A DNA stretch of 63,483 bases, counting the filler, from Octopus bimaculoides (lineage: Eukaryota): the NCBI RefSeq assembly GCF_001194135.2. It is 3 parts of 3 records of this genome, joined end to end, with 100 filler letters (N's around TTAATTAATTAA, not from the genome) between each part and the next. Parts side by side here need not be neighbours in the genome. Positions count along the whole stretch, not along the records: positions 1 to 24,033 come from NC_068999.1; 2 more parts are not named here. One strand, written 5' to 3'. Below, piece after piece: positions 1 through 12,848 of this stretch; within the stretch, counting starts at the first letter, position 1, and each line of letters opens with the position of its first letter. The position numbers and the translations under genes were made by a program. The notes beneath the pieces were generated by a model that did not search any database, was not told the DNA's origin, and saw nothing but the letters and a program-made list of their open reading frames with translations.

Positions 1-1792
1 GTTAAAGATTTTAGCCAAGGTGTTAGCTAAAAGGTTGACGGCTGTCATGGAGAAGCTTGTCGGGAAGGCACAAACCTGTGCAATCCCAGGCAGGTCGATC
101 CAGGACAACCTTCACCTTCTCCGCTACACCTTAGACAGGGTTGGGAAATTAGCCGGCAAAGGAGGGGCATTGGTCCACTTAGACCAAAGTAAAGTTTTCG
201 ATAGAGTAGACCATTGGTTCCTGGAGGCCGTCCTCGAAGCGGCTGGGATAAGCCCGGGCTTTCGCGGGTGGATCTCTGCTATGTACAGCGGCATCAAGTC
301 CACCGTCTAGATAAACGGTTACCTAACGGAGCCGTTTTCGATCAAGCAGTCTGTTCGTCAAGGGTGTCCCTTGTCTCCGGTCCTGTANNNNNNNNNNNNN
401 NNNNNNNNNNNNNNNNNNNNNNNNNNNNNNNNNNNNNNNNNNNNNNNNNNNNNNNNNNNNNNNNNNNNNNNNNNNNNNNNNNNNNNNNNNNNNNNNNNNN
501 NNNNNNNNNNNNNNNNNNNNNNNNNNNNNNNNNNNNNNNNNNNNNNNNNNNNNNNNNNNNNNNNNNNNNNNNNNNNNNNNNNNNNNNNNNNNNNNNNNNN
601 NNNNNNNNNNNNNNNNNNNNNNNNNNNNNNNNNNNNNNNNNNNNNNNNNNNNNNNNNNNNNNNNNNNNNNNNNNNNNNNNNNNNNNNNNNNNNNNNNNNN
701 NNNNNNNNNNNNNNNNNNNNNNNNNNNNNNNNNNNNNNNNNNNNNNNNNNNNNNNNNNNNNNNNNNNNNNNNNNNNNNNNNNNNNNNNNNNNNNNNNNNN
801 NNNNNNNNNNNNNNNNNNNNNNNNNNNNNNNNNNNNNNNNNNNNNNNNNNNNNNNNNNNNNNNNNNNNNNNNNNNNNNNNNNNNNNNNNNNNNNNNNNNN
901 NNNNNNNNNNNNNNNNNNNNNNNNNNNNNNNNNNNNNNNNNNNNNNNNNNNNNNNNNNNNNNNNNNNNNNNNNNNNNNNNNNNNNNNNNNNNNNNNNNNN
1001 NNNNNNNNNNNNNNNNNNNNNNNNNNNNNNNNNNNNNNNNNNNNNNNNNNNNNNNNNNNNNNNNNNNNNNNNNNNNNNNNNNNNNNNNNNNNNNNNNNNN
1101 NNNNNNNNNNNNNNNNNNNNNNNNNNNNNNNNNNNNNNNNNNNNNNNNNNNNNNCTCATTAAAAGACGTAATCTGACTTTTGTCCTGTGGATACAGGACA
1201 TTCGAGGCTGGCTGCGGGAATACCACCTCGGTATTCTACAGAGGGCTAGTGGAGGGGAAAAACGATGACGTCTTAGGAGGGGCTCTGGGGTTCGACGAGA
1301 ACCAACTTACCAACCTGTTTCAGAAAACCTTGAAGCCAGAGTACTTGGATAATTTCCAAATATCTCTGACTTGGCAGTATTACAGGAATGCTCTACCTGT
1401 TCGCGAGAAGTTATCCAGGCACGGTTTAGCAGTGCCACCAACATGTCCAAGATGCGAGCAGGATAATTTATGTAGAACACGTGTTGTCGCATCTGGGACG
1501 AGTACAGCTGTCGGGTGAATCTATGATAAAGATGATACCGCCAACTGGACTCTCAAAGGAAGATGAGGCTTGCTTTTTCTGTATGGTAGCAGTGTTGAAA
1601 GAGTGTATATGGAGGACAAGAATGGAAGGTTTTATGACAGGGTCCTACATATCCGGCCCTGGATTGCTGCCTTACTTCAAATACCATCTGAAGAGCAAGA
1701 TAGGTCTTGAAAAGAGAACCCTGTCAGCTAGAGTATATGAACAGAGATGGAAGGAAGTGGTGAAAAAGGTGGGTGTGAGTCACCCAAACTAA
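1..1792 (+). mobile_element. Tx1/L1-clade LINE, ORF2 3' part (RT and C-terminal region), disrupted and spanning an N gap
   Basis: RT motifs 'TCAIPGRSIQDNLHLLR', 'LDQSKVFDRVDH' and 'SVRQGCPLSP' at 1-387, with a stop at 308-310. After the gap come 'ALPVREKLSRHG..CPRC' and 'KECIWRTR', ending at the stop at 1792. Confidence 0.9.
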
Positions 1793-1930
1793 TCATCGGG
1801 AAAATAAAAGGCGAACTGCTGGGCCTTATAGGCTGCCGGGTTGAAAAATCAATCTTTTTATTATAAAATATATATACATGTGTGTATGTGTGTGTGTATG
1901 TATGTATGTATGTATGTGTATATATATGTG

Positions 1931-1967
<37 letters not shown>

Positions 1968-2196
1968 ATGTATGCATGTATATGTATGTCTGTATATCTA
2001 AAAGGGGAAAAAAAAAAAGGAAACAGTCAACGAACATATGAATTTTAAAGTTTCATATATATAAAGACAATCATTAATTTTTAAAGAACATAGAACTCAT
2101 ACATTTTGTTTATTTGTTTGTCCTGTATTGTACCCATCTCTGTATTTGATCCATAGTGGTCATAATAAAAATTTTTCAACCAGCTGGTCATGCTAC

Positions 2197-2239
2197 TTCA
2201 GGCTGATGACGAATAAAGACTCAGAAACATGTCCTTGAA
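2197..2239 (+). ncRNA. Minimal type I hammerhead-ribozyme-like motif (degenerate stem II)
   Basis: TTCAGG-CTGATGA-(14 nt)-GAAA-CATG-TC-CTTGAA. Stem I is 6 bp with one G:U, stem III is the palindrome CATG and the cleavage triplet is GUC. Stem II (GAAT/ACTC) is imperfect. Confidence 0.55.
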
Positions 2240-2401
2240 TGCAGGCTAGGCTGGGTGGAGGAGTTTGTCTCCCCCTTGCAAACATAAGGACACAGGAAAT
2301 GTGTCAAGGCCGACAGGAAGCGGTCCAGCTTCCTAGGGCTAAATAGCAGTAGTATATTCCCTTATTGGGACTGTCAAGTTAAGTTGGCAGTATACTACTT
2401 T

Positions 2402-2473
<72 letters not shown>

Positions 2474-2479
2474 TACAAA

Positions 2480-2779
2480 TAATATGTATGCATGTATACA
2501 CACATATATGTACATACATCTACATGTGTATATAGATGCATATCAGGGTACAGGATGTTAGAAAAATGAACTACAAACAACGGAACAAACACATAGGAAA
2601 ACAGATAGTCACTTGGAATTATTCCTTCGTCAGCTGCCTCTATTCTAACTAGACGTTTCGAAGATAAGGCAGAATGTACTCTAGAATAGTCTCTTCCTGA
2701 GTAGTGGATCGACCCACTAAACAGAAAATTTCAAGGTGGCAAACACAAACCAAGACAGGAAAAAATGGACAGTGAAAAT
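2480..2779 (-). repeat. Dispersed repeat resembling a Penelope-like element terminus; a related copy lies at about 39860-40025
   Basis: Both copies share 'tacatctacatg..gatgcatatc.gggtac.gga.gtta' and 'ttccttc.tcagctgcc'. The minus strand reads CTGA(C/T)GAAGG, a partial hammerhead core. Confidence 0.45.
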
Positions 2780-3300
2780 NNNNNNNNNNNNNNNNNNNNN
2801 NNNNNNNNNNNNNNNNNNNNNNNNNNNNNNNNNNNNNNNNNNNNNNNNNNNNNNNNNNNNNNNNNNNNNNNNNNNNNNNNNNNNNNNNNNNNNNNNNNNN
2901 NNNNNNNNNNNNNNNNNNNNNNNNNNNNNNNNNNNNNNNNNNNNNNNNNNNNNNNNNNNNNNNNNNNNNNNNNNNNNNNNNNNNNNNNNNNNNNNNNNNN
3001 NNNNNNNNNNNNNNNNNNNNNNNNNNNNNNNNNNNNNNNNNNNNNNNNNNNNNNNNNNNNNNNNNNNNNNNNNNNNNNNNNNNNNNNNNNNNNNNNNNNN
3101 NNNNNNNNNNNNNNNNNNNNNNNNNNNNNNNNNNNNNNNNNNNNNNNNNNNNNNNNNNNNNNNNNNNNNNNNNNNNNNNNNNNNNNNNNNNNNNNNNNNN
3201 NNNNNNNNNNNNNNNNNNNNNNNNNNNNNNNNNNNNNNNNNNNNNNNNNNNNNNNNNNNNNNNNNNNNNNNNNNNNNNNNNNNNNNNNNNNNNNNNNNNN

Positions 3301-3338
<38 letters not shown>

Positions 3339-3494
3339 TATATATATGTATATTTATGTGAATATATATGTATATACATATGCATATATATATGTGAATA
3401 TATATGTATATACATATGCATATATATATGTGAATATATATGTATATACATATGTATATATATGTGTGAATATATATGTATGTATATATATATA

Positions 3495-3558
<64 letters not shown>

Positions 3559-4379
3559 ATGGAATTTTTTCAATTTCTGTTCACCAAATCTGATCATAAG
3601 ACTTTGGTTAGCCCAAGCCTAAAGTATATCTGTTCAACATGTTAGATAGTGAGGCTGAACCTGAAACCATGTGATTGGGAAGTGAACTTCATAATCATGC
3701 AGTCTTGTGAATATTATATGTAATGATAAAATTGTTTAGTTCCTCACTCGGAACTAAACACGACAAACATTTAAAAATGCAATTTGTTTTGTAATTTTGA
3801 TGATATGACTGGAAATGACTAGTCAAAAGACTGCACCAGCCCTGCTTTCTGCTTTGGTGTGATTTCTACACCTGGCTACCCTTTTTAATGCTAACCACTG
3901 TACAGAGTGTACTGGTTGCTTTTCATGTGCTAGCAGCAGCAGTGGAGTCACCAAGTAACTTGCATGACAAGACTCCTCGGCTGAAGTGGGGAGTAGTATT
4001 GAGGTACAGAAAAAAAGAGTCTTGCATTAAAAGGGAGTCATGGATATCCCAGGTAAAGAGAGAGTGGAGAGAGAGAAGATGGGGAACGTGATGGGGGAGA
4101 GGATGACTGGATTGGAGAGGGTGAGTGTGAATGAGCTCACAAGATTGCAAAAGGAGAGTGGTAGATGGAGAAGGGAATGTAATGAGTGGACACTGGTAGA
4201 AGGAGGAAGTTTTAGGAGGGCATGTTGTTGGGAAGAGATTCAACAGGATATACTGTGTGCTGGTAGGTATGGTGGGGAAGGGGGTATTGGGAAGATAAAT
4301 TGTGGAGGAGGTTTGTTGGGAGACAGATTGTGTGGAAGGAAGGTGCATGGACATAAAGACATGTTTTTATGGCCCTGGT

Positions 4380-5140
4380 TTTACTTAGCTGCTCACTTCC
4401 TCATATGTATCACATAACTATACCAGTGCAGCCCTCTCTCTTGCACTCTACATCTGATGCCTGTTTTACCCAATTTTTCTCTTAAAACATTTACACTTTG
4501 TCATACATGCACACTGACATTGCACATCCAACAGAGCATATAGTTTCATTTCTTTGAAGCCTTCACATGTCATCTGCAGTCACATCCTATGTTTCACTGT
4601 CATGTAGCATAGCCACAGGCATCATACAATCTGCCTTTCACTCTGAGAGAGAGGCCTTTTGTTATGAAAAAATGTAGAAGCTCTCAGAACTTTACCCCCA
4701 CTGGTTCTTGTTCTAGCAAGTTCACTTTTAGTGCAACCTCCTCCACTGCTAATTTGGTAGAGGATATCTATTTTCTGTACAGTCTTAGTATTTATTGTAT
4801 GTACACATCTGCCACACACAAAGACTACTTTCTCTGTTAACCTTCCTGTGATTCCACTGCACCTCTTATGTGCCTGTAGCTTCCATTAGGTACAACCATA
4901 TGGAATTTCTACCTACATGTTTTTCTACATATCAAACAGGCCCATTTCCCAGAAGGGATTATTAATTCCTCTGCTTTCCTGCCTATTAGTATGTTGGTCT
5001 TTGACTCCAATACTTGCTGCCACACATGAGATTCCTTCTCTAATTCAAATAGAGATTCAAGCTATAAAGAATGTCATTGGTATAGAGGTCCTCCCAGGGG
5101 AAATCAGTCTTAAATTCCTCCATTACTGACTGGAGGACTA
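4380..5140 (-). mobile_element. Degenerate RTE LINE fragment
   Basis: Aligns by eye to the RTE copy at 13300-14330 (e.g. 'ctgccacacacaaa', 'gagttc/gtcctcccaggg', 'ctggaggactatgat'). Confidence 0.75.
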
Positions 5141-6512
5141 TGATAAACATGTGTACTCTTAGGTTTTAAGTTTAATATGCTGCGATTCTTTAAAATGTAT
5201 TTTGTGTGAAGCTGTGGCATTGAGAATATAAATAATAATAGTACTTCTTTCTTATTGATGTTGCTTTTGAGGTGCTATTCTTGCACATTTCATGAACCCT
5301 ATTCTGTTTGTTGCTCTACAATCGATGCAGATTGTGTATATTTATTGCCCACTACTATATAACATTACACTGTTAGTTAAAAGCAAGCAGATTTGGCTTC
5401 TGACAGAGAACAACAATGTTTATCATTAACAAAGAAAACTCTTACTTTATTAAATCACTATCCATAAGTAACACTTCCAGAAACAATAACAATCCTTCTT
5501 TAGTAATTCTATTGAATTAGTAGTCTATTTGTTAACCTTTGGTTTGTAATCATTTACTTATATCTATATATCTGATTATTATCACCTGTTAAATTCATAG
5601 TTAGTTACTTCTTGAGCTTTGTGTTACAGATAAAATTGTTTTTAATTTCAAATAAAACTTCAGGTACTTTGTCACAATTCAACTATCCTTGTCAAGTATA
5701 CTTCTATGTAAATGTAGCCAAACTACTATTCTTAATTGTGGATTATATGTAGAGGTTTTAGTAACTGTCACATTACCTACATCTTCAGTCAGATTGATAA
5801 CTAGAACAAAAATATAAATTCTCTAGTGGAAGATACTATTATCTCTGCTAGAGAATTTATTCAGTTTTTGCATGCATCATTAAGTTAGCTTTATACTAAC
5901 ATTTCTTGACTCTACTTTATTTGTTTTTAAATTACAAATAACCAACTTGATATCAGTTGGCTGGAAAAAAAAAAGACTTTGATGACCACATGTACTATTT
6001 AATATTGATGAATCTATAAACATAATTGGCAAGATTTTTGAAATTATTGTCTATAAAAAGAGAATTCATGAAATACTGAATAAATTTGCCATGTGAAGTT
6101 GAAAATCCACTTCATCAAAAAACAATAAAATTAAGACAAGTTGTTGGCTTGGTTAACAGTACTTTTGATAAAACTCGATTTTGCAATAGATGGGCTAGTA
6201 GAGGATCCAATACAAAATCAGGCAATTAAAAATACATAGGCAGCTGTTGTGACAGGCACAATAAACCAAGTAAGAATTAGCACATGAACAAAGCTGTAAT
6301 GTTAAACACAGAGGATTGAGCAGACATGCAGTAATACATGCATGTCAGTGTACAGGCAAAAACATGAACAAATATCAAAATTAAACCACAAAAAGTAAGT
6401 ATGAGAATCAATAAGGGTTGTTATTGAATGATTCAGTGCTCATTGTGAATTCTATTTCTGGCATGTTTAAGTAGCCATTGAGATTTAATTATTTTGAATT
6501 TAGTAGGTTATA

Positions 6513-7348
6513 CAAGGTCTGATCAATAAGTATCCAGACTGTTGCCTTAGTAACGAAGCTAAAGCATGCAGAGTAGAGCTGCTTGGCCAAGATTGACCTT
6601 GAACTCTGCAGTGCATGTGCACTAAGTTTAATGTTCTAGCTCACTTCTGCTGTTTGCAGCAGTGCTTAGAAAGAAAGGATGTAGTGTGTGATCATCGCAT
6701 TGACCACAACAGAGAAAGTTGTCACAGCGATACCTGTTCAGAGGTCTATGCAAAGTTGCAGAAAGTGTGTGGAGAGCAGTGTAAGAGCTGCATGCAAGTG
6801 TACAAGTGGTTCAGAATTTCCAAGATGGCCAAAAAAATGTCAATAGTGATGAACATTCTGGGAGACCTGCAACCAGCAGAACTGAGAATAACATTGCAGA
6901 TGTACGTGCAGCTCTGAGGGGAAATCATTGAATCATCATCCGTGAGTTATCAAAGGATGTGCAGATTAGTTATGGTTCAGTTCAGTTCATTATCATTGAA
7001 GATTTGGGAATGAGATGTGTGTCTGCCATGTTTGTACCTTAACTGGTTTCAGCTGACCAAAAAGACACTTGGGTTTCAGTTGCACAAGATCTCCTTTATT
7101 GTATCAAGAACGATGAAAACTCTTGACAAAATTTGATGCAGATTCTCTGCTCACCTTTCTCTATCATGGTCAATGCGACGATCACACATTACACACCTTC
7201 CTTCCGAGCATTGCTGTGAACTGGAACATTGAAACTTTGTGTGCATGCACAGCAGAGTTTAAGGTTAATCTGTTCCAAGTGGCTTCACTTTGCATGCTTT
7301 AGCTTTGTTACTATAGCAACATTCAGGATACTTAATGATCAGACCATG
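6513..7348 (+). mobile_element. Internally deleted mariner element with TIRs and TA duplication
   Basis: 5' end TA|CAAGGTCTGATCAATAAGTATCC and 3' end GGATACTTAATGATCAGACCATG|TA (2 mismatches between TIRs). Contains a remnant HTH peptide 'EVYAKLQKVCGEQCKSCMQVYKWF'. Confidence 0.85.
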
Positions 7349-7789
7349 TATGTAAAGATCCAGCAATTTTTAAAGGATTTGCTGTTTCCAGTGAGAGATG
7401 TTAAGAGTCCAGGCAGCTCTATCATAGTTTAGAACTTGATATATTGCTTACAAACTAATGCCATATCTTTCTCTTTACTAAATTTGGGTGCTTTGGTGTT
7501 TGTAATGTTTGTATTTTTCAAACTATTATTGAAATGAGATCTTTGATTACTAGTGTTATAAATAACCTTGATCTTGAATCACACCTTCCTTATTAATCTA
7601 GAGTACTTAGTATTTTGTTTGCTTCATGACTCTTTGGTCCATTACCATATTGACAAAGAAAAAATTCTTTTAAATATTTAAAATGCTCAGCTGCATTTTA
7701 ATTATACTTGAATTCTTGGAGGAGCACTAATGTATCAAAAAGAAATTTATTACTATTTCTTTTCTTTCTTTTTCTTTTATTTTTTACTT

Positions 7790-8060
7790 GTTTCACTCAT
7801 TATACTGCGGCACCGCCTTCAAGAATTTTTAGTCAAATGAATCAACCCCAGTACCTTTTTTTTGTTGTTTTCTTAAACCTAGCACTTATTCTATCAGTCT
7901 CTTTTGCTGAGCCACTAAGTTATGGGGTCATAAACACACCAACATCAGTTGTCAAGCAGTGATGTGGGACAAACACAGACACATGACACACGCACGCACA
8001 CACACACCAGACTTCTTTCAGTTTCCATCTTCCAAATCCACTCACAAGCATTCAGCACCT
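7790..8060 (-). mobile_element. tRNA-derived SINE (family A), partial
   Basis: Matches the body and tail of the full copy at 14878-15335 in reverse. Confidence 0.8.
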
Positions 8061-8069
8061 GAAAAGAAG

Positions 8070-8139
<70 letters not shown>

Positions 8140-8200
8140 NNNNNNNNNNNNNNNNNNNNNNNNNNNNNNNNNNNNNNNNNNNNNNNNNNNNNNNNNNNNN

Positions 8201-8238
<38 letters not shown>

Positions 8239-8244
8239 TTAATT

Positions 8245-8942
8245 CAGAGGCTGGACAATATAATACAATTGCCTTGCCAAGTGGAAGTTTATAATTTGAT
8301 GTAAGATTGGTCCACCTATCACTGCTTTAATATGTGGAGGAATGACACAAAAAGATTCTGAATGGTTAGGAACATTTTATGCCATTCTTCAAGTAAAACC
8401 AGCTTTAGCTCTTTAAGTGATAATGGTGGAGGGAAGCAGATTCTCACTTACTACTCAAAGATGTTTGTTTATAATAAGATCTGGTGTTTGTGGGGGCCAA
8501 TTCAAGTGGTCTACCTCACTTTTGTGCTCTCCATACAAATTTTGAATAACATTAGTTGTGAGAATCAGCATATTATTGTCCTGGAAGATTGCAGTACCAT
8601 CAGGGAACATTGTACTACAGAATGGACATGATCAGCTGTAATGTCAGATAATCTTTGATGTGATCTCTACTGTGTAGTACAACTAAATGGCTTAGTGAAT
8701 TCTGTGATACAGCTGCCCAGATCATCAGAGAACCATCTCCCATGTTTCATAGTAGAGGCTGAACAATCAGGGTTGAAGGTTTCTTTGAACTATCTCCAAA
8801 CATAAACACACCCTGAAGTAGAAAAAAGAGTGAATGATGGTTCATCAGAATAGATGACATTTTTCCATTGGGTCATTGACCACTTCCAATAGTCTAAACA
8901 CCGTTTTTTCCACTTGACAATGGTGATGGAACATAGGAGTGA
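8245..8942 (-). mobile_element. Tc1-like transposon, 3' half (catalytic domain), split by the Gypsy insertion
   Basis: Minus translation includes 'WKNVIYSDEPSFTLF', 'VYVWR', 'TMKHG', 'AIFQDNN' and 'WPPQTPDL'. A degenerate TIR CAGAGGCTGGACAATATAAT starts at 8245. Confidence 0.85.
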
Positions 8943-9139
8943 TGTTACGCAAATTATGCTATGATTTCAGCAATTTCCCTTGACATAAAAGGGCATGCAC
9001 ATTTGATGACCAGAGAGAGAGAGTGGCCATTTTGAATAACATACGTTTAATTGAGAATATCGTGGATAGAACTATGTGACACTTTACTGTTTTGGAATAT
9101 GATTGGGAATTAGTTTTTTTGAGCCAGGAATTACTGGTC
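8943..9139 (+). repeat. 5' LTR of the Gypsy element (3' end not matching)
   Basis: Starts TGTTAC and aligns with 16804-17016 up to 'ggaattactggtc'. Confidence 0.85.
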
Positions 9140-12100
9140 ATTGAAACTAATTTCGAAATCTTGAAGAAGTTGTTGAATAATCTATAGAGAACAAAATTAA
9201 TGAAAAGACGAGTACAAGTTTGGAAGGATAACAGATATGGAGAGATACTTGAAACCAGACAGATTGCATGCTGACCACAAATGCTGACAAGACTTTTAAT
9301 CATTGGTTTAGAACTTTCACCAACTTTATAGACTCACTACTAGGGCAGGAAGATAGTATTATGATAAACTCAGTCTTTTGATTAATTATGTGGAACCAAA
9401 TGTATACAATTTCATCAGTGAAGTTAAGAACTATGAACAAGCTGTAAATACACTAAAGAGTGTGTACATTAATCCAAAGAACATCATAATGGTTTGCTGT
9501 CTTTTGAAGAAGACAGAAACTGGGAGAATCTCTAGACCAGTTCCTAAACGAACTCCAAACACTAGCGAAAGACTATGACTTTGTTGCAGTGAGTGCTGAG
9601 CAGTACCAGTCTGAAATGATTCAAGATGCGTTTATAAATGGACTCATTTTGATTTAGATAAGACAAAGACTGTTAGAAAACAAAATTGTTGGCCTCAGTG
9701 CTGCTTATGATCAAGCACATTCACTAGATGTGGCACAACAGAGTTTCAGTGTCTTTTCAAACTCTGAGTGTGCCAACTTCAGTCCAGTGGCACCCAGCAC
9801 AGCCAAGCCAATTGATTCCCCAAAGCTGGAAGAAGAAACCTCTCAATGTTGGTTTTGTGGCTATTTCAGACACCCACAGAGTTTTTGCTCTACACAGGAA
9901 GCAGTCTGTTGCAAATGCAAAAGAAATAGGACATTTTGGAAAACTTTGTACGAACAACACAACAGCTGTGACACATAAAGATGGTAAATACAATCTACAT
10001 TTGGCAGTATCAGCATCAGCAGGTTCACCATTCCATCTAACCTCCATGGTTATACTGAACAATACTTACAAAGCCGAAGCACTAATTGATAGCGGCAGCA
10101 CTGACAAGAGTTTCATCAGTGAGAAGCTAGTGAACATACTCGACATCAAAAGAGTCAAATTGAAGAACATCATTGGTATGGTTCCTGCATCTCTTTCTGC
10201 AGAATCCAAGGGTATAGTATTGTTTCACTAATCCTGAATAATCAGATGTACTAATAATGTGAAACTGTACATCCTCAGAAACTTGTGCACTGACCTAATT
10301 CTGAGTACTAACTTCCAAGAACAGCATGAGAGTATTACCATACAATATGGAGGACAGAAACCACCATTAACCTTTACTGCACTAACAGCTATGAAAACTG
10401 ATCCCCCAAATCTATTCACACATCTCAGGAAGGACTGTGAGCCTATTGCAGCCATATCACGAAAATACTCAGAACGCAATCGAGAGTTCATCAAGAGGGA
10501 AATAACAAATGTGAAATTTATTGAACTTAGTAATTCCCTTTGGAAATTACAAGTGCTAGTTGTTCAAGAAAAAAACAAAATGAAGAATGGTGATAAACTA
10601 TTTAGAGACAGCTTGATGCCTACCCTCTTCCTAAAATCAATGAGCTAATAAACACTATTGCCAAGTATAGGGTTTGCAGTACTATAGACTTACGTTCAGC
10701 ATACTATCAAATTCCTCTATCAGAGAAAGATCACCAATTCACTTCCTTTGAAGCTGACGGTAAGTTATGGTAGTAACTAACAGCAGTGCAATTTTCCAAT
10801 GTATAATGGATGACTTTGTAAGTAAATACAATCTGCAAGATATGTTCCCATTCATAGACAATTTAACCATATGTGAGAAAGATCAAAATGACCATGATGA
10901 GAATTTAAAAAAATTTGAAATAGCAGCAAGTGAGGGGCTCACTGTGATTGAAGAGAAATGCATTTACTCAACAACTCTGGATTTTCTTGGATACCACATC
11001 TCACACAATACCCTCAACCCTGAACCAGAAAGGCTTGCTCCATTCCTCAATCTTCCTGCACCAACCAACCAACCAACCAGAAATCATTAAAACGTATAGT
11101 CGGTATGTTTTCTTATTATGCTAAGTGGATCTCCAAATTTTCTGACAAAATATATCTTCTCAATGACATTTTAAAATATCCTCTTAACAACTAACAAGTA
11201 AAAGCATTTGAGTCATTGAAGATAGAACTAGCTAATGCTGCCATTCAAATAGTAGATGAGAACATTCTATTTGCTGATGAGATGGATGCTTTGGATTTTG
11301 CTATATCTGCAATACTAAATCAAGATGGAAGACCAGTCGCAGTCCATTCTCACACACTACAAAGTAGCAAACAGTACCACTCCTCTGTTGAAAAGAAAGC
11401 TCATGCAATTGTTGAATCAATTAATTACTTATCAACATTCTGTTGCATTCATGTATAATTGTAAAGCAATGAGCAAAATTAAAAATGATAAAATTATGAA
11501 ATGGTGCATTGCCTTTTCCCCATACTCATATGATATTCACTATCGCCTAGGATCCAGTAACATCACACTGGTTGCATTCACTAGGGTACGCTGTTCAGCA
11601 ATCAGTTCACATTCACTTTATGAATTACACTGTGCCATCCTGGTGTAATACGCCTTCATCATTTTGTCCATACTAGAAATCTTCCATATTCATTGGAGAA
11701 CATGAAACAAATTTGTAGGAATTGCTCTATATGTCAAGAAGTGAAGCCACAATATTAAAAACCAAACTTAATTAAGCCATTCGAGCAAATTTCAATCAGT
11801 TTCAGAGGCCTGATTCTTTCCAAAAAGCATCCTTATCTTCTAACAATCATTGATGAATACTCTCAGTTTCCATTTGGTTATCCAGTATCTGACACATCAG
11901 CTCAGACTGTTATAAGATGTTTTACAGATTCATTTCAAGTTTTCGATGCCCGGTTATGTACATTCTGATCGTGGAACTGCCTTTATGTCTACAGAATTGA
12001 GAGAATGGCTCCTTAGTAAGGGCATTGCAACAAGTAGGGCAATACCATACAATACCTCGGAAACAGTCGAGTAGAAAGATATAACAGTACTATTTGGAAA

Positions 12101-12848
12101 TCATTACTACTCTCTTTGAAAACTCGTACCCTTCCAATAGTGTCTTCATGGAAAACAGTTCTTCCAGATGCACTGCATTCAATCAGATCTGTACTTTGTA
12201 TGTCCACCAATGCTCCTCCTCATGAACGTCTCTTTAACAATCAAAGACGTTCAGCTCCAGGAACATCTGTGCCATCATGGCTTCTCAACCCAGGACCTGT
12301 GCTTGTGCAAAGGAACAATCGCACTAGCAAGTATGACCCTATAATTGACCAAGTTGATTTAATCGAAGCCAACCCTCAATATGCTCACATTCGTTACCAG
12401 ACAGTTGCAAAACCACAGTATCCACAAAACACTTGGCATTTCCAGGGAAAATGAATCCTATTGGTGAATTAACCCCGACATTTGTGGTCCCTCAAGAGCC
12501 AGACAGAGATCTAACTGAAATGTCTTCACCTCCTACAAATAACCCTCTAAAACAGGGGTTCCCAACCTTATTTTGCTTGTGGACCCCATATATGCACATG
12601 TAAATTTTTGAAATAAAATATTTGTTTGTAGGTTAGTAAAAACTAACAATGAAACGATTTCATTATATTCATAGCATAAATTCCAAACACAAATCTTGAA
12701 AATTTCAATAAATCTATTTTGAAACTATATCAAAAATTTTCCTTATAAAAATTTTACAAATTTTATGCAATAAGGATAAATTATAAAACGAAATTCCAAT
12801 TTCAATATAAAAAATTGAACTGTATAACCTTTTAATCATTAGAATGAT

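Noticed and set aside
3923-4354. GA-rich stretch with a Pro/Ser/Thr-rich minus ORF, faintly like a Penelope (Neptune) linker
   Set aside because: Low complexity with no diagnostic motif, so I could not support a family call.
7391-7432. Acceptor-like 'tttccag' followed by 'RDVKSPGSSII'
   Set aside because: No convincing donor, an in-frame stop follows, and no homology is recognisable.
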